DNA of 64,000 bases from an uncultured Vicinamibacteraceae bacterium (GCA_964624855.1 CAZUZW010000005.1:2249-66248); one strand, 5' to 3'. Shown: positions 51,294-62,935, numbered from the stretch's first letter. A program made the numbers and translations. Notes: generated by a model from the sequence alone, not told the origin.

Positions 51294-51884
51294 TCAATCT
51301 CTCTCCCGAAACGCTCTAACAACATATTTTCCGATGATATCGCACTCAAGATTAACGGATGCTCCTGGAGCACCGGCTGCAAGATTTGTATGTTCCCATG
51401 TAAAGGGGACAATCTGAACATCAAACTCCTCGTCACGAAGGGCCGCTACGGTCAAGCTGATTCCATCAAGCGCTATTGACCCCTTGGGCACAATGTATGA
51501 ACTTAGTTTTGAATCATAGCCCACCGTAATGAGTTTAAAATCAGCCTGCTGAATGATCCGTCGAATGTGCCCAACTCCATCAACATGGCCAAGAACGAAG
51601 TGCCCTCCAAGCCCACCGTTAACTCTCAGGGAACGCTCTAAATTCACGACTGAACCCTTGCTTAAATCAACAAGTGTGGTCACGCGGAACGTTTCTGGAG
51701 AGACCTCTACCGAAAAATGCGTATCTCCCAAGCTGACCACCGTGAGACAGACACCATTGATCGAAATACTTTCACCTGAAACCAGCTCGCGAGCCAATTC
51801 TGTATACACATCAAGTCGCGGAGCCGAAGCCTCCAAATCTAACGCAGTTACTTCTCCGGTCGATTCAATTAGTCCTGTAAACAT
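51294..51884 (-). CDS. ribE: riboflavin synthase (alpha chain)
   Basis: MFTGLIESTGEV N-terminus and the internal lumazine-binding repeat GDSIAVNGVCLTV-like (GESISINGVCLTV / GSIALDGISLTV). Confidence 0.95.
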   Translation of the reverse strand: MFTGLIESTGEVTALDLEASAPRLDVYTELARELVSGESISINGVCLTVVSLGDTHFSVEVSPETFRVTTLVDLSKGSVVNLERSLRVNGGLGGHFVLGHVDGVGHIRRIIQQADFKLITVGYDSKLSSYIVPKGSIALDGISLTVAALRDEEFDVQIVPFTWEHTNLAAGAPGASVNLECDIIGKYVVRAFRERD

Positions 51885-52956
51885 AGCCCTCGGTAAGAAC
51901 GTCTGGACCTAATTGCCTGACAGATAAACCCGATAACGCAGAGTCTGGAATATTCAACCAAGCTAGACCGCCCTGTCCTAAATCAACTGGAGCAACGAAC
52001 CGCTGCAGTCGATCCACAAGTCCCCCTTCCCAGGCAGCTCGATGAATTGTCGTGCCTCCCTCAAGAAGTAAAGAAGTCACGTTTAACGAACCCAACAACT
52101 TGAGTGCAACCTCTAAGCCTGATTCCAAACTCGGGATTGTCTCTAATTGTACGCCCACCGCACTCAACTGCTCCGCCACGACCGGTTGAGCAGCTAGTCC
52201 ACTCGACGTCGTGACAACAATAATCGGACCTTCCTCCAGTGTGTCAACCAACCGAGAACTGACCCTCATACGCAAACGTCGATCAAATACCACTCGAGTA
52301 AATGGGCGTGCCCTCTGTGCCCCTCTAACCGTTAGCCGCGGATTGTCCACCAAAAGAGTTGTCGACCCGATACCTATCGCATCTACTTCTGCTCGCGTCC
52401 TGTGAACCTCGGTTTGCGCATGCGCTGATGTTAAAAGAGTTCGTTCACCAGGCCGCGCTGCAACCTTTCCGTCCTGACTGATCGCGACCTTCATCGTCAC
52501 AAACGGACGGCCGCGTGTAACCCACACTCGAAATGTTTCGATCAACCTTTCGACCGCTGCTTGGCGGAGGCCGACTTCGACATCTATGCCGTGCTCGCGC
52601 AGGAACGCTATGCCGTTTCCACTCACTAGAGGATTCGGATCAACCGTACCAAGAACAACACGCCTAATCCCAGCCTCTACCACCCTTCCTGCGCACGGCC
52701 CAGTTCTCCCTTGGTGACTACACGGTTCGAGAGTGCAATATAGTGTGCCATCACGCGCGCGTGTGCCCGCCTCGTCAAGTGCGACCACTTCAGCATGAGA
52801 TTCCCCTGCCCGAGCGTGATGTCCAGAACCCACAACCCCCTCACGATCGGATACGACCACAGCACCAACCATCGGATTCGGACTCGTTGCCCCACGCCCA
52901 CGCTCGGCTAGACGAAGAGCTTGGTCCATGTACAGCTGATCCTGTTGGTTCCACAT
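51865..52956 (-). CDS. ribD: bifunctional diaminohydroxyphosphoribosylaminopyrimidine deaminase / 5-amino-6-(5-phosphoribosylamino)uracil reductase
   Basis: Deaminase zinc motifs HAEVVAL and CTLEPCSHQGRTGPC, plus a C-terminal reductase domain. Confidence 0.95.
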   Translation of the reverse strand: MWNQQDQLYMDQALRLAERGRGATSPNPMVGAVVVSDREGVVGSGHHARAGESHAEVVALDEAGTRARDGTLYCTLEPCSHQGRTGPCAGRVVEAGIRRVVLGTVDPNPLVSGNGIAFLREHGIDVEVGLRQAAVERLIETFRVWVTRGRPFVTMKVAISQDGKVAARPGERTLLTSAHAQTEVHRTRAEVDAIGIGSTTLLVDNPRLTVRGAQRARPFTRVVFDRRLRMRVSSRLVDTLEEGPIIVVTTSSGLAAQPVVAEQLSAVGVQLETIPSLESGLEVALKLLGSLNVTSLLLEGGTTIHRAAWEGGLVDRLQRFVAPVDLGQGGLAWLNIPDSALSGLSVRQLGPDVLTEGYVYRTN

Positions 52957-52986
52957 AGCTTTTACTTCGTTACCTCAACATCCAAC

Positions 52987-53910
52987 TCAATGGGCAAAGA
53001 GTCCTTCCACATAGTCTCGCGCTGAAAACGGAACGAGGTCATCCATTCCTTCTCCTACGCCCACGTACCGAATTGGCACTCCAAGCTCAGAGGATATAGC
53101 CACTGCTATCCCACCTCTGGCAGTACCATCCAATTTTGTAAGCACGATTCCATCTACTTTCACAACCTTAAGAAACTCTCGTGCCTGCGACAAACCATTC
53201 TGGCCCACTGTCGCGTCGATCACCAAGAGAACATCATGCGGAGCACCCTCAATCTCTCTCGACGCTATTCGTTGAATCTTTCTGAGTTCTTCCATGAGGT
53301 TGACTTGGGTGTGTAACCGTCCAGCTGTGTCGATCACCACAACGTCCCGCTTTCTCGCTCGGCCAGCTTGGATCGCATCGAAAACTACAGCTGCCGGATC
53401 CGAACCTTGCATTCCCTTCACAATGTCCACCTTCGCCTTAGTTGCCCACACGCTCAGTTGTTCCACCGCCGCGGCACGAAACGTGTCAGCAGCACATAGC
53501 AGTGGTCGCTCACCATTGGCACGCATCCGGCACGCCAGTTTTCCGGCAGTCGTCGTCTTACCAGTACCATTTACACCTACCAGCAGCAATATTCGTGGAC
53601 CATTAACATCCGTAGCGACATCTTCTTTGTAACTGAGTAAATTGAGCAATTCGTTCTTTAACTCGTCCCGCAACTCGCCCGCCTTACGTTCCTGGGAATC
53701 ACGGCTTTGGAGACGCGCAAGAATCTGCCCTGTAGCCACAACGCCCACATCCGCCTCCAACAGTAACTCCTCCAGCATCTCAGAACCCGAATTATCCTTC
53801 CCATTGGAGTCATTCCGAAGGGCCATTAAGCCGAGGGCTTCCTCAACTCGTGCTCCTAGTTGCTTGGTCGTTCGACGAAGACCGACCTTCAGCCGATCAA
53901 GAAAGGTCAT
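52987..53910 (-). CDS. ftsY: signal recognition particle receptor FtsY
   Basis: NG domain with [21 protein letters not shown] and [10 protein letters not shown]. There is a short N-terminal region and no long acidic A domain. Confidence 0.96.
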   Translation of the reverse strand: MTFLDRLKVGLRRTTKQLGARVEEALGLMALRNDSNGKDNSGSEMLEELLLEADVGVVATGQILARLQSRDSQERKAGELRDELKNELLNLLSYKEDVATDVNGPRILLLVGVNGTGKTTTAGKLACRMRANGERPLLCAADTFRAAAVEQLSVWATKAKVDIVKGMQGSDPAAVVFDAIQAGRARKRDVVVIDTAGRLHTQVNLMEELRKIQRIASREIEGAPHDVLLVIDATVGQNGLSQAREFLKVVKVDGIVLTKLDGTARGGIAVAISSELGVPIRYVGVGEGMDDLVPFSARDYVEGLFAH

Positions 53911-53971
53911 CCAACGCCTTTCGCATCAAAATCTACGACTCTGTCATTTATAGTCGTGTCAACAGAGGGAC

Positions 53972-54988
53972 TCACCATTCCGTCCTTTGACGCCGTAACA
54001 TGAGTTCCTCAACCGCCGCTCGCGGCTGCTTCAGTCCAACCAACACATCTGCCATCTGGGCAGTTATAGGGAGCTCAACTCCATATCTCTTGCCCAATTC
54101 AAGTGCAGCACCAGTCGTCCTAACGCCTTCCGCCACAGTGCTCATGCCTTCCAGGATCTCATTGAGCTGATGCCCGCGTCCCAATTCAAGTCCAAGACTT
54201 CGATTGCGACTCAGGGCGCCCGTACACGTTAAAACCAGATCGCCCAATCCACTCAGTCCGGAGAGTGTCTCCCTTTTGCCACCAACGGCCTCTGCCAAGC
54301 GAGAAATCTCCACCAAACCGCGGGTAATCAACGCCGAAAGCGCGTTCTGTCCTAATTCAAGCGACTCCACTACGCCAGCAGCAATCGCAATCACATTCTT
54401 CATCGCACCTCCGATTTCAACACCAACAACATCTTCGGTTCCATACAAACGAAAACTGTGCGATCTGAACTCCTGTTGAACAGCCTGCACGGTCAATTCT
54501 GTACGACCCGCCACACAAACAGCAGTTGGCAATTCAGCCGCCAACTCCTTGGAGAAACTGGGACCAGACAGAACTGTAACCTCGTGACCACTGCCTAATT
54601 CTTCTTCAATCACTTGGGTCATTCTCAAGAGACTTCTAACTTCAAGACCCTTTGTTGCGCTGACGATAACAGCGTGTTCATCGATTTTCGTTGCAGCGCT
54701 CATGAGCACATCCCTAGTTCCATGAGATGGCACAGCACACACTACGCATCTGGCCCCATCAAGTGCACTCTCAAGGAAGTTTGTTGGCTGAACCAACTCT
54801 GGAAGCTTAATCCCAGGCAAGTACGAACGATTTTCCTGTTTAGCTACCATCTCTGCGACGAGAGACCGATTCCTCCCCCACAGGCGCACGGGTTTGCCTA
54901 AACGTCCGAGATGGACGGCAAGAGCCGTGCCCCATCCTCCACTACCCAGTACAGCTACCGGCTGCAGTGGTTCTAGCGGTCTAGTCAT
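53972..54988 (-). CDS. gpsA: NAD(P)H-dependent glycerol-3-phosphate dehydrogenase
   Basis: VLGSGGWGTALA Rossmann motif, GPSFSKE and LGDLVLTCTGALSRNR. Confidence 0.95.
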   Translation of the reverse strand: MTRPLEPLQPVAVLGSGGWGTALAVHLGRLGKPVRLWGRNRSLVAEMVAKQENRSYLPGIKLPELVQPTNFLESALDGARCVVCAVPSHGTRDVLMSAATKIDEHAVIVSATKGLEVRSLLRMTQVIEEELGSGHEVTVLSGPSFSKELAAELPTAVCVAGRTELTVQAVQQEFRSHSFRLYGTEDVVGVEIGGAMKNVIAIAAGVVESLELGQNALSALITRGLVEISRLAEAVGGKRETLSGLSGLGDLVLTCTGALSRNRSLGLELGRGHQLNEILEGMSTVAEGVRTTGAALELGKRYGVELPITAQMADVLVGLKQPRAAVEELMLRRQRTEW

Positions 54989-55039
54989 GTAATTTGATCT
55001 CCTAATCGTCTCTCTTCCCGTAAAAACAAATGCGCCCTC

Positions 55040-56314
55040 CTACCGTAACTCCAATTCCCGCCGAAGCATATCTAGAGCCGTTTGGACCGCCTGAAACTTG
55101 ACACGACTGCGATCGCCCACGAATCGAAACTTTCGGCAACGCGCGATACCATCACTATCTGCCAACGCAAACCAGACCGTCCCGACTGGCTTTTGAGTAG
55201 AACCGCCCTCGGGTCCCGAAATTCCCGTAATCCCCAGACCATAATCAGCTTCAGCGCGCTGACGCGCAGCCACGGCCATAGCCTTTACAACTTCTTCGCT
55301 CACAGCTCCCTTGTCTGAAATAAGATCGGCGTTGACACCGAGCGCCACCTTGGCTTCATTACTGTAAGCCACCCATCCTCCCAAAAGATAAGCCGAACTC
55401 CCAGGCACGTCAGTCAACCGCGAGGCCACTAAACCACCTGTGCACGATTCCGCTACGGCAATACGGCATCCGACCTCTTTTAAAAGTCTACTGACAACGA
55501 GCTCTAGCGAGTCACCACAGGTGCTGACCACTGCCTTTCCAAGAACAGAGGCCAGCTCATCAGCGGCACTTTCAAGAATGTGACCAGCCTCACCAGCATC
55601 GCCTGATCTAGTCGACAGATGGATTTCCAGCTGGCCCAAAGAAGCCAATATCGTCGTGGATATGGGTGGTTCACTCGATTGCCACTTTGAGTAGACAGGA
55701 TAAATTAACTCCTCAACATGTGACTCAGACCGCCCTACGACCATTAGCACCCGTCGAAATAGTCGTTGGCCGTGCGTCCGAGGTGCAATTCGATCTTCAA
55801 GAACTTGATCAAACATCGGACGAAGTTCGCGTGGTGGCCCGGGGAGCAGCAAGCAAATGGTGCGCTCCTTTTCGATCCAGATACCCGGTGCCGTACCGCG
55901 AGTGTTCTCTAGAACTTGTCCACCTTCTGGAACCAAAGCCTGACGACGATTCACATCAGGCATATTCAACCCCCTAATCTCAAACCTAGACCGAATCGAG
56001 GACATCACCGACTCGTCCTCAATCAAACGAACACCGAAAGCTTTGGCTAGGGAATCTCTAGTCACGTCGTCGGCTGTGGGGCCAAGTCCACCAGTCACAA
56101 CAACTAAATCCGCCCACTGTTTGGCATCGCTTATAGCCCTAGCCAGATCGGATTCATGGTCCGCAATAACGGCCTTGTAGTGAATCGAAATACCGAATTC
56201 ATTGAGTCGTTCCGTTAAGAACAGAGAGTTGGTATCAACCTTATGGGCAGTCAGCAATTCCGATCCCACGGCGAGAACCACAGCTTGCTGTATAGGCTGC
56301 GCCCTGTCGGTCAT
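55040..56314 (-). CDS. cinA: CinA-family competence/damage-inducible protein (MoCF-like domain plus NMN deamidase PncC-like domain)
   Basis: AVGSELLTAHKVDTNS, VVVTGGLGPTADDVT and C-terminal AESCTGGLVASRLTDVPGSS. The start is placed at ATG 56314, which forms an ATGA overlap with the pgpA stop. The ORF track starts 27 nt upstream. Confidence 0.9.
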   Translation of the reverse strand: MTDRAQPIQQAVVLAVGSELLTAHKVDTNSLFLTERLNEFGISIHYKAVIADHESDLARAISDAKQWADLVVVTGGLGPTADDVTRDSLAKAFGVRLIEDESVMSSIRSRFEIRGLNMPDVNRRQALVPEGGQVLENTRGTAPGIWIEKERTICLLLPGPPRELRPMFDQVLEDRIAPRTHGQRLFRRVLMVVGRSESHVEELIYPVYSKWQSSEPPISTTILASLGQLEIHLSTRSGDAGEAGHILESAADELASVLGKAVVSTCGDSLELVVSRLLKEVGCRIAVAESCTGGLVASRLTDVPGSSAYLLGGWVAYSNEAKVALGVNADLISDKGAVSEEVVKAMAVAARQRAEADYGLGITGISGPEGGSTQKPVGTVWFALADSDGIARCRKFRFVGDRSRVKFQAVQTALDMLRRELELR

Positions 56315-56781
56315 ACGGTCACCCATGCAAATGCCGCCCACAGAAACAAGCGTACAGAAGCAGCTGCATAGACCGCAGCAACAAGATCGTCAGCCATGAC
56401 GCCTAGCCCTCCCGGTAGACTCTCGGCACTACGGGTCGGAAAAGGCTTGACGATGTCAAAAAATCGAAATGCCACAAATCCCATCACCGCTGTTGGCCAA
56501 TTCAAAGGAACCCAGAGCATAGTCGCCAACATACCCGCGACCTCGTCAATCACAATGCATCCCGGATCTCTCCGACCGGTATAAATCTCTGTTGAGGATG
56601 AACACCGAACACCAATTATTACCACGAAGCCGAGAACGAATAATTCGCCCATAGGTCCCAACCAGCGGCGTATCATCACAAGACCGATCAGTCCTACAAG
56701 CGACCCCGCAGTGCCCGGAGCTACCGGGACATAACCGACGTATCCCGCAGTTGCAAAGAATAGGCTTAGGCGCTTCACCAA
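56311..56781 (-). CDS. pgpA: phosphatidylglycerophosphatase A
   Basis: FATAGYVGYVPVAPGTAGS, IDEVAGM and FRFFDIVKPFP match PgpA. AAGGAG lies upstream of the TTG/GTG start. Confidence 0.9.
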   Translation of the reverse strand: MVKRLSLFFATAGYVGYVPVAPGTAGSLVGLIGLVMIRRWLGPMGELFVLGFVVIIGVRCSSSTEIYTGRRDPGCIVIDEVAGMLATMLWVPLNWPTAVMGFVAFRFFDIVKPFPTRSAESLPGGLGVMADDLVAAVYAAASVRLFLWAAFAWVTV

Positions 56782-56929
56782 TAACGCTCCTTCGTCACAC
56801 TTACCATTTGATGTGAAATTATGCTCTACCTGTTCTCTCTAAGAACACAGGCCAAACTCTTCTGTCCTGTCCATCAACTCTGTCAATACGCCGGCTATAG
56901 TCCAGACTAACGTAGAATTCTTTAAAACG

Positions 56930-57811
56930 ATGCAAACTATCGAAGCGGTACCAAATATCAGTGAAGGTCAGCGGCCTCTTATCCTCGACAAATTGGCTAC
57001 CGCGGTACAACAGGTCAAACACGTAAGACTTCTTGATCTATCCTCCGACATCTCGCATAACCGCTCTGTTCTAACACTACTTGGCTGCCCCGAGTCCGTG
57101 CTGCAGGCCCTGACCAATCTCTACGCAATTACTACTTCCGGGATCGACCTTCGGATACACCGTGGTGTTCACCCAAGAATAGGAGCCATCGACGTTGTCC
57201 CGTTTATACCGATTCGCAACGCCTCAATGGACGACTGCAAACAACTGGCCAGACAACTCGCGGCCGACGTCGCTTCACGTTTTGATATTCCTATTTATCT
57301 CTATGAAGAAGCCGCAACACAGCCTGAACGGAAAGCACTTGAGAACATCCGACGAGGACAATTTGAGGGCTTGACGCAAAAGATGAAAGATGACCGTTGG
57401 GCACCAGATTTTGGTCCTCTCCGACCTCACCCAAGCGCAGGCGCATCGGCGATCGGGGCACGAGAACCGTTAATCGCCTTCAATGTTAATTTGAAAACCG
57501 AAAATCTGACTATAGCTCGTCAAATCGCAGCGAACATTCGAGCACGAAACGGAGGACTCGCCCATGTAAAGGCTCTAGGATTTGCACTAACGCACCGAAG
57601 CCTAGTCCAAGTTTCAGTCAATTTGACCAACTACAGAATCACGTCGCTGTTCCGTGTTTTCTCAACAATAGAAATGGAAGCAAAAAAATTGCAGGTAGAG
57701 GTCGTCGACAGCGAAATCGTCGGTCTCGTGCCTAAGGAGGCTATCTCTGAAGGGACTATCCAAAGACTGCGCCTTAAAAGTTTCTCATCGAACAAGATAC
57801 TTGAGCCCTAG
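56930..57811 (+). CDS. glutamate formimidoyltransferase domain protein (no cyclodeaminase domain)
   Basis: The N-terminus IEAVPNISEGQRP and HPRIGAIDVVPFIP are hallmarks of the FTCD N-terminal transferase domain. The length (293 aa) covers the transferase part only. Confidence 0.82.
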   Translation: MQTIEAVPNISEGQRPLILDKLATAVQQVKHVRLLDLSSDISHNRSVLTLLGCPESVLQALTNLYAITTSGIDLRIHRGVHPRIGAIDVVPFIPIRNASMDDCKQLARQLAADVASRFDIPIYLYEEAATQPERKALENIRRGQFEGLTQKMKDDRWAPDFGPLRPHPSAGASAIGAREPLIAFNVNLKTENLTIARQIAANIRARNGGLAHVKALGFALTHRSLVQVSVNLTNYRITSLFRVFSTIEMEAKKLQVEVVDSEIVGLVPKEAISEGTIQRLRLKSFSSNKILEP

Positions 57812-57860
57812 TAAATACCAACTATCCGCTGACGCAACCAAAGTCACTTTCACTGGACTA

Positions 57861-58319
57861 CTATTCCTTTCCGTCTAGCAGTCCCCTTAGTTCTGTCATA
57901 AATTCGCCGATATCTCGAAAATGACGGTAGACCGAAGCGAATCGAACATACGCCACCTTATCCAAGGCCCTTAACTCCTCCATCAAAAAAGAGCCAACCT
58001 CGTCCGCTCCAATCTCCTTCTCCGGACGATCCTGTAGTGTTACTTCAACACGATCCGCTACGGCCTCTAGGGCCGCTACGCTGACCGGCCGCTTCTCACA
58101 CGCTTTAAGCATCCCCGCAATCACCTTCTGACGGTCGAAACGTTCGCGAGAACCATCTTTCTTTACGACCATATAGGGAATGTCGTCCATCCTCTCGTAA
58201 CTGGTAAAACGTCGACCACAGTCAAGACACTGTCGGCGGCGGCGAATGACTTCACCTTCCTTGCCTTCTCGAGAATCAACAACTTTGTCTTTCAGGCATC
58301 CACAAAAGGGACACTTCAC
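57861..58319 (-). CDS. nrdR: transcriptional repressor NrdR
   Basis: Zinc ribbon MKCPFCG...[12 protein letters not shown] followed by an ATP-cone. GTG start in a GTGA overlap with the upstream gene. Confidence 0.95.
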   Translation of the reverse strand: MKCPFCGCLKDKVVDSREGKEGEVIRRRRQCLDCGRRFTSYERMDDIPYMVVKKDGSRERFDRQKVIAGMLKACEKRPVSVAALEAVADRVEVTLQDRPEKEIGADEVGSFLMEELRALDKVAYVRFASVYRHFRDIGEFMTELRGLLDGKE

Positions 58320-59380
58320 GAGATCACCCCAGTCTTATGATTATTTTCAGTCGGTTCAGACAGTTTCTCTCCAACTGCCACGCCAGATAGGCCACCTAAA
58401 TGCAGCCCCTCCTTACCTAAACAAAGAAGACCAAGCAAAGTCACCGGTACAAATGCAATTGCATGAATCACCAAAGCTGCCCCTACAGCCACGTCGTTAT
58501 CAAAGCCATACAAAGAAGTCACTCCGAGCTGGTAAGCCGCATGATACCCTCCCATGCCCGCCGGTGTTGGAAGTGCAACCCCAATCGCGACCATTGCCAG
58601 AATAGGAATCGACTCAACGAAGGAAATATTTATCCCGAATGCCCTAGAGCCAAAGACCAAACTAAGAGCAATAGACGCCCACAACAGCACAGACATCAGA
58701 AACGCAACAGCAAGGGGACCAACTCGACCGGTCACACTCAAGCCACTGGTAAATCGACGTGCCAAGCGGTCTACAACTGAGACCCAGCGTTGTGGACTGA
58801 CGGCCTTGCACCATGTAATCAACCACTCATTCCCCCTTGGGTTTCTCGCAAGCCAAGCCATCACCGCTAACACCAGCAACCCAGTCACACCTCCCGCTAT
58901 CGCACCAAACTGAAGTGTGAGTAGCAACTCCGGATTGTTCGTCGGTCCTGAAAAAAATACGATGCATCCAGCCAAGGTCACCATGATTGCCACAAGGTCA
59001 AGTAATCGCTCAACAACTACAGTCGCTACGGCCGCTGAACCGGAAACCTCATTATGCCGCGCGAGCACAAACGGCCGCAGAACTTCGCCTACACGACCAG
59101 GCAAGAGCGCATTGGCGGTAAAACCAATCACTGTAGCCATTCCAGCAGTCAAAAACGATACAGAACCAACTGGTCGCAGCAACCCTCTCCATCTCTCAAT
59201 ACGGATCACATACGAAAGCACTGTAAACACCGTACAGACCACAAGCATGTCTAACCTAGCTAGCCACACAGCATTCAAGACATAATCCAGTTGTGCATTA
59301 CGGAGAAAGAACGCCGTCAATCCAAGAGTTAAAGCAATGACAATCAGAGTTCTAATGGATCTTCTCAACATGCAACGCAC
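58316..59380 (-). CDS. UPF0104 / lysylphosphatidylglycerol-synthase-TM-region-like (flippase-like) membrane protein
   Basis: About 8 hydrophobic segments, the characteristic [14 protein letters not shown] motif after TM2 and [10 protein letters not shown]. The start is uncertain (GTG 59380 or ATG 59371). Confidence 0.7.
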   Translation of the reverse strand: MRCMLRRSIRTLIVIALTLGLTAFFLRNAQLDYVLNAVWLARLDMLVVCTVFTVLSYVIRIERWRGLLRPVGSVSFLTAGMATVIGFTANALLPGRVGEVLRPFVLARHNEVSGSAAVATVVVERLLDLVAIMVTLAGCIVFFSGPTNNPELLLTLQFGAIAGGVTGLLVLAVMAWLARNPRGNEWLITWCKAVSPQRWVSVVDRLARRFTSGLSVTGRVGPLAVAFLMSVLLWASIALSLVFGSRAFGINISFVESIPILAMVAIGVALPTPAGMGGYHAAYQLGVTSLYGFDNDVAVGAALVIHAIAFVPVTLLGLLCLGKEGLHLGGLSGVAVGEKLSEPTENNHKTGVIS

Positions 59381-59494
59381 CCGATAATTTCGGTAACGAT
59401 AAAATGTACTATAACGCCCATCGCATTTCCTTCTTGCCGTGATTGTAACTTCTCGTTAAGCTATGCTTCTTTTCACCCACCATGAGGCTCGTTC

Positions 59495-60421
59495 GTGACT
59501 ACGCACAGACCAATTTTCGAAACCGCTCTTGAAGGAACAACACATCATCGACGAGGTAAGGTTCGCGACATCTACGAAATTGGAACCGACCAGTTGTTAA
59601 TCGTCACCACCGACCGAATTTCAGCTTACGACTATGTTCTCGGCACTGCGATTCCTGATAAAGGGAAAGTGTTGACTCAACTTTCTGCTTTTTGGTTCGA
59701 ACGAACACGGTCGATCGTTCCGAACCATCTTCTTTCTATTGATTCATCAACATTTCCAGCAGAATTGCGCCCTCACGAAGCACTGTTATCCGGTCGTTCA
59801 ATGCTTGTGCGAAGAACAGAACCAATTCCGATAGAATGCGTGGCCCGTGGCTATTTAACCGGCTCAGGTTGGCGCGAATATCAAGAGACTGGGCACGTTT
59901 GCGGCATCAAGCTTCCAGAAGGCCTTGTCGAATCTGAGCGTCTTCCGGAACCAATCTTTACTCCCGCTACTAAAGCCGAAAGCGGCCATGACGTCAACAT
60001 TAGCGAAGCTGAGGCGGCGGACATTATCGGCGCCGATCTTGTATCTCGACTCCGAGACCTGACATTAACGTTGTACATGCACGGCGCCAGCCATGCTGAG
60101 TCCTGCGGAATTATTGTGGCTGATACGAAATTTGAATTTGGGCTCGTACCGTCAAATGGTGATGGGACGGTCGGCGATAAAGACATTTTACTGATTGACG
60201 AGATTCTGACACCAGATTCATCTCGATTCTGGCCGAAAGATGACTATGAACCAGGAAGAGGTCAAAGTAGTTTCGACAAACAGTTCGTGCGTAATTACCT
60301 AGACGAAATTAAATGGGATCATAAGCCACCTGTTCCAGAGTTACCTAACGAGATCGTTCAGCAAACGCGACAGAAATATCTTGATGCGTTCCACGTCCTA
60401 TCAGGGCGAGAACTTGCATAA
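59495..60421 (+). CDS. purC: phosphoribosylaminoimidazole-succinocarboxamide (SAICAR) synthase
   Basis: GKVRDIYEIG, VTTDRISAYD, ECVARGYLTGSGW and IVADTKFEFG. GTG start preceded by GAGG. Confidence 0.94.
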   Translation: MTTHRPIFETALEGTTHHRRGKVRDIYEIGTDQLLIVTTDRISAYDYVLGTAIPDKGKVLTQLSAFWFERTRSIVPNHLLSIDSSTFPAELRPHEALLSGRSMLVRRTEPIPIECVARGYLTGSGWREYQETGHVCGIKLPEGLVESERLPEPIFTPATKAESGHDVNISEAEAADIIGADLVSRLRDLTLTLYMHGASHAESCGIIVADTKFEFGLVPSNGDGTVGDKDILLIDEILTPDSSRFWPKDDYEPGRGQSSFDKQFVRNYLDEIKWDHKPPVPELPNEIVQQTRQKYLDAFHVLSGRELA

Positions 60422-60487
60422 TTGACTCTATCTCAACCAACTAGAACGACCAGCTACGATCGATTTTAAAGGGAAGGACGACGACGC

Positions 60488-60697
60488 TTGCGGGATCAAC
60501 TGGACCGCCTTGTAGAAGAAATGCTGAAAAAGGGCATATTGTACGATGACGCTCGCCAAGCTATTGAACGCCGTTTTATTAGTCGAGCCTTGACCCGTTC
60601 CAAAGGCAATCTTGGCCAAGCGGCGGAACTTCTCGGAATTCACCGCAACACGTTAACTAGAAAAATCGCCAGTTATCGACTCAAGCGGACTGGTTAG
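60488..60697 (+). CDS. small stand-alone Fis-type helix-turn-helix DNA-binding protein
   Basis: C-terminal HTH_8-type motif RALTRSKGNLGQAAELLGIHRNTLTRKI. TTG start after GGGAAGGA; ATG 60521 is an alternative. Confidence 0.7.
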   Translation: MRDQLDRLVEEMLKKGILYDDARQAIERRFISRALTRSKGNLGQAAELLGIHRNTLTRKIASYRLKRTG

Positions 60698-60790
60698 AAA
60701 TTTTTAGACCCGGTTATTGCCATACTGGACTTGCTTTCTCGGGCAAACCCCAAAATAAATCCGCTTGGAAAGTCTTTTCACCGGATCGGC

Positions 60791-60819
60791 TTGACCTGTA
60801 ACCACTTTCACGATAAATT
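60791..60819 (+). promoter_or_regulatory. sigma70-type promoter of groES-groEL
   Basis: TTGACC (60791..60796), 16-17 nt, then ATAAAT/TAAATT (60813..60819), directly abutting the CIRCE-like inverted repeat. Confidence 0.55.
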
Positions 60820-60844
60820 GGCAGTCTTGGACTCTGACTGCTAA
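60818..60844 (+). promoter_or_regulatory. CIRCE-like inverted repeat (putative HrcA operator), variant TTGGCAGTC-N9-GACTGCTAA
   Basis: A 9-N9-9 inverted repeat 75 nt upstream of the groES ATG. The canonical CIRCE is TTAGCACTC-N9-GAGTGCTAA, and the geometry and position are the same here. Confidence 0.7.
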
Positions 60845-60919
60845 CTCGCCTAGTAGTGCAGTACCTTAAGTAGATTTACACGTCTGTTTTTTACATTATT
60901 TGAAGGGAGTTTGAGGTTT

Positions 60920-61216
60920 ATGGCTGTTAAGGTTCGCCCACTCCACGACCGCATCATAGTTGAGCGTCTCGAGGAAACGGAACAGGTTGTCGGTAGCATT
61001 ATTATCCCAGATACCGCCAAAGAGAAGCCGCAACAAGGCAAGATCATCGCGGCTGGCAAAGGCAAAGTCAAAGATGATGGCACGGTCACTCCAATGGACG
61101 TCAAAGAGGGAGACACCGTCCTATTCGGCAAATATTCTGGTCAAGAGATCAAACTAGATGGCGTCGAGTTCCTGATTATGCGTGAGGACGAGATCCTCGG
61201 AGTCGTAGAAAAGTAG
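60920..61216 (+). CDS. groES: co-chaperonin GroES
   Basis: [19 protein letters not shown]...[18 protein letters not shown]. The start is placed at ATG 60920 rather than TTG 60911. Confidence 0.96.
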   Translation: MAVKVRPLHDRIIVERLEETEQVVGSIIIPDTAKEKPQQGKIIAAGKGKVKDDGTVTPMDVKEGDTVLFGKYSGQEIKLDGVEFLIMREDEILGVVEK

Positions 61217-61261
61217 CAAACAGGAAAATCGAACAGGCATCATTATTTATTGGAGTTTTAG

Positions 61262-62902
<1,641 letters not shown>

Positions 62903-62935
62903 ACTGAAGTGTCAGATAACTAAGAAACGTAACCG

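Noticed and set aside
53935-53957. Hairpin ACGACT-N11-AGTCGT between gpsA and ftsY as an intrinsic terminator
   Set aside because: The stem is only 6 bp and AT-containing, with a large loop and a weak U-run on the minus strand. That is too marginal to annotate.
56819-57022. 67-aa minus-strand ORF in the pgpA/formimidoyltransferase divergent region
   Set aside because: It overlaps the well-supported start of the formimidoyltransferase gene on the opposite strand, and it has no motif and no Shine-Dalgarno.
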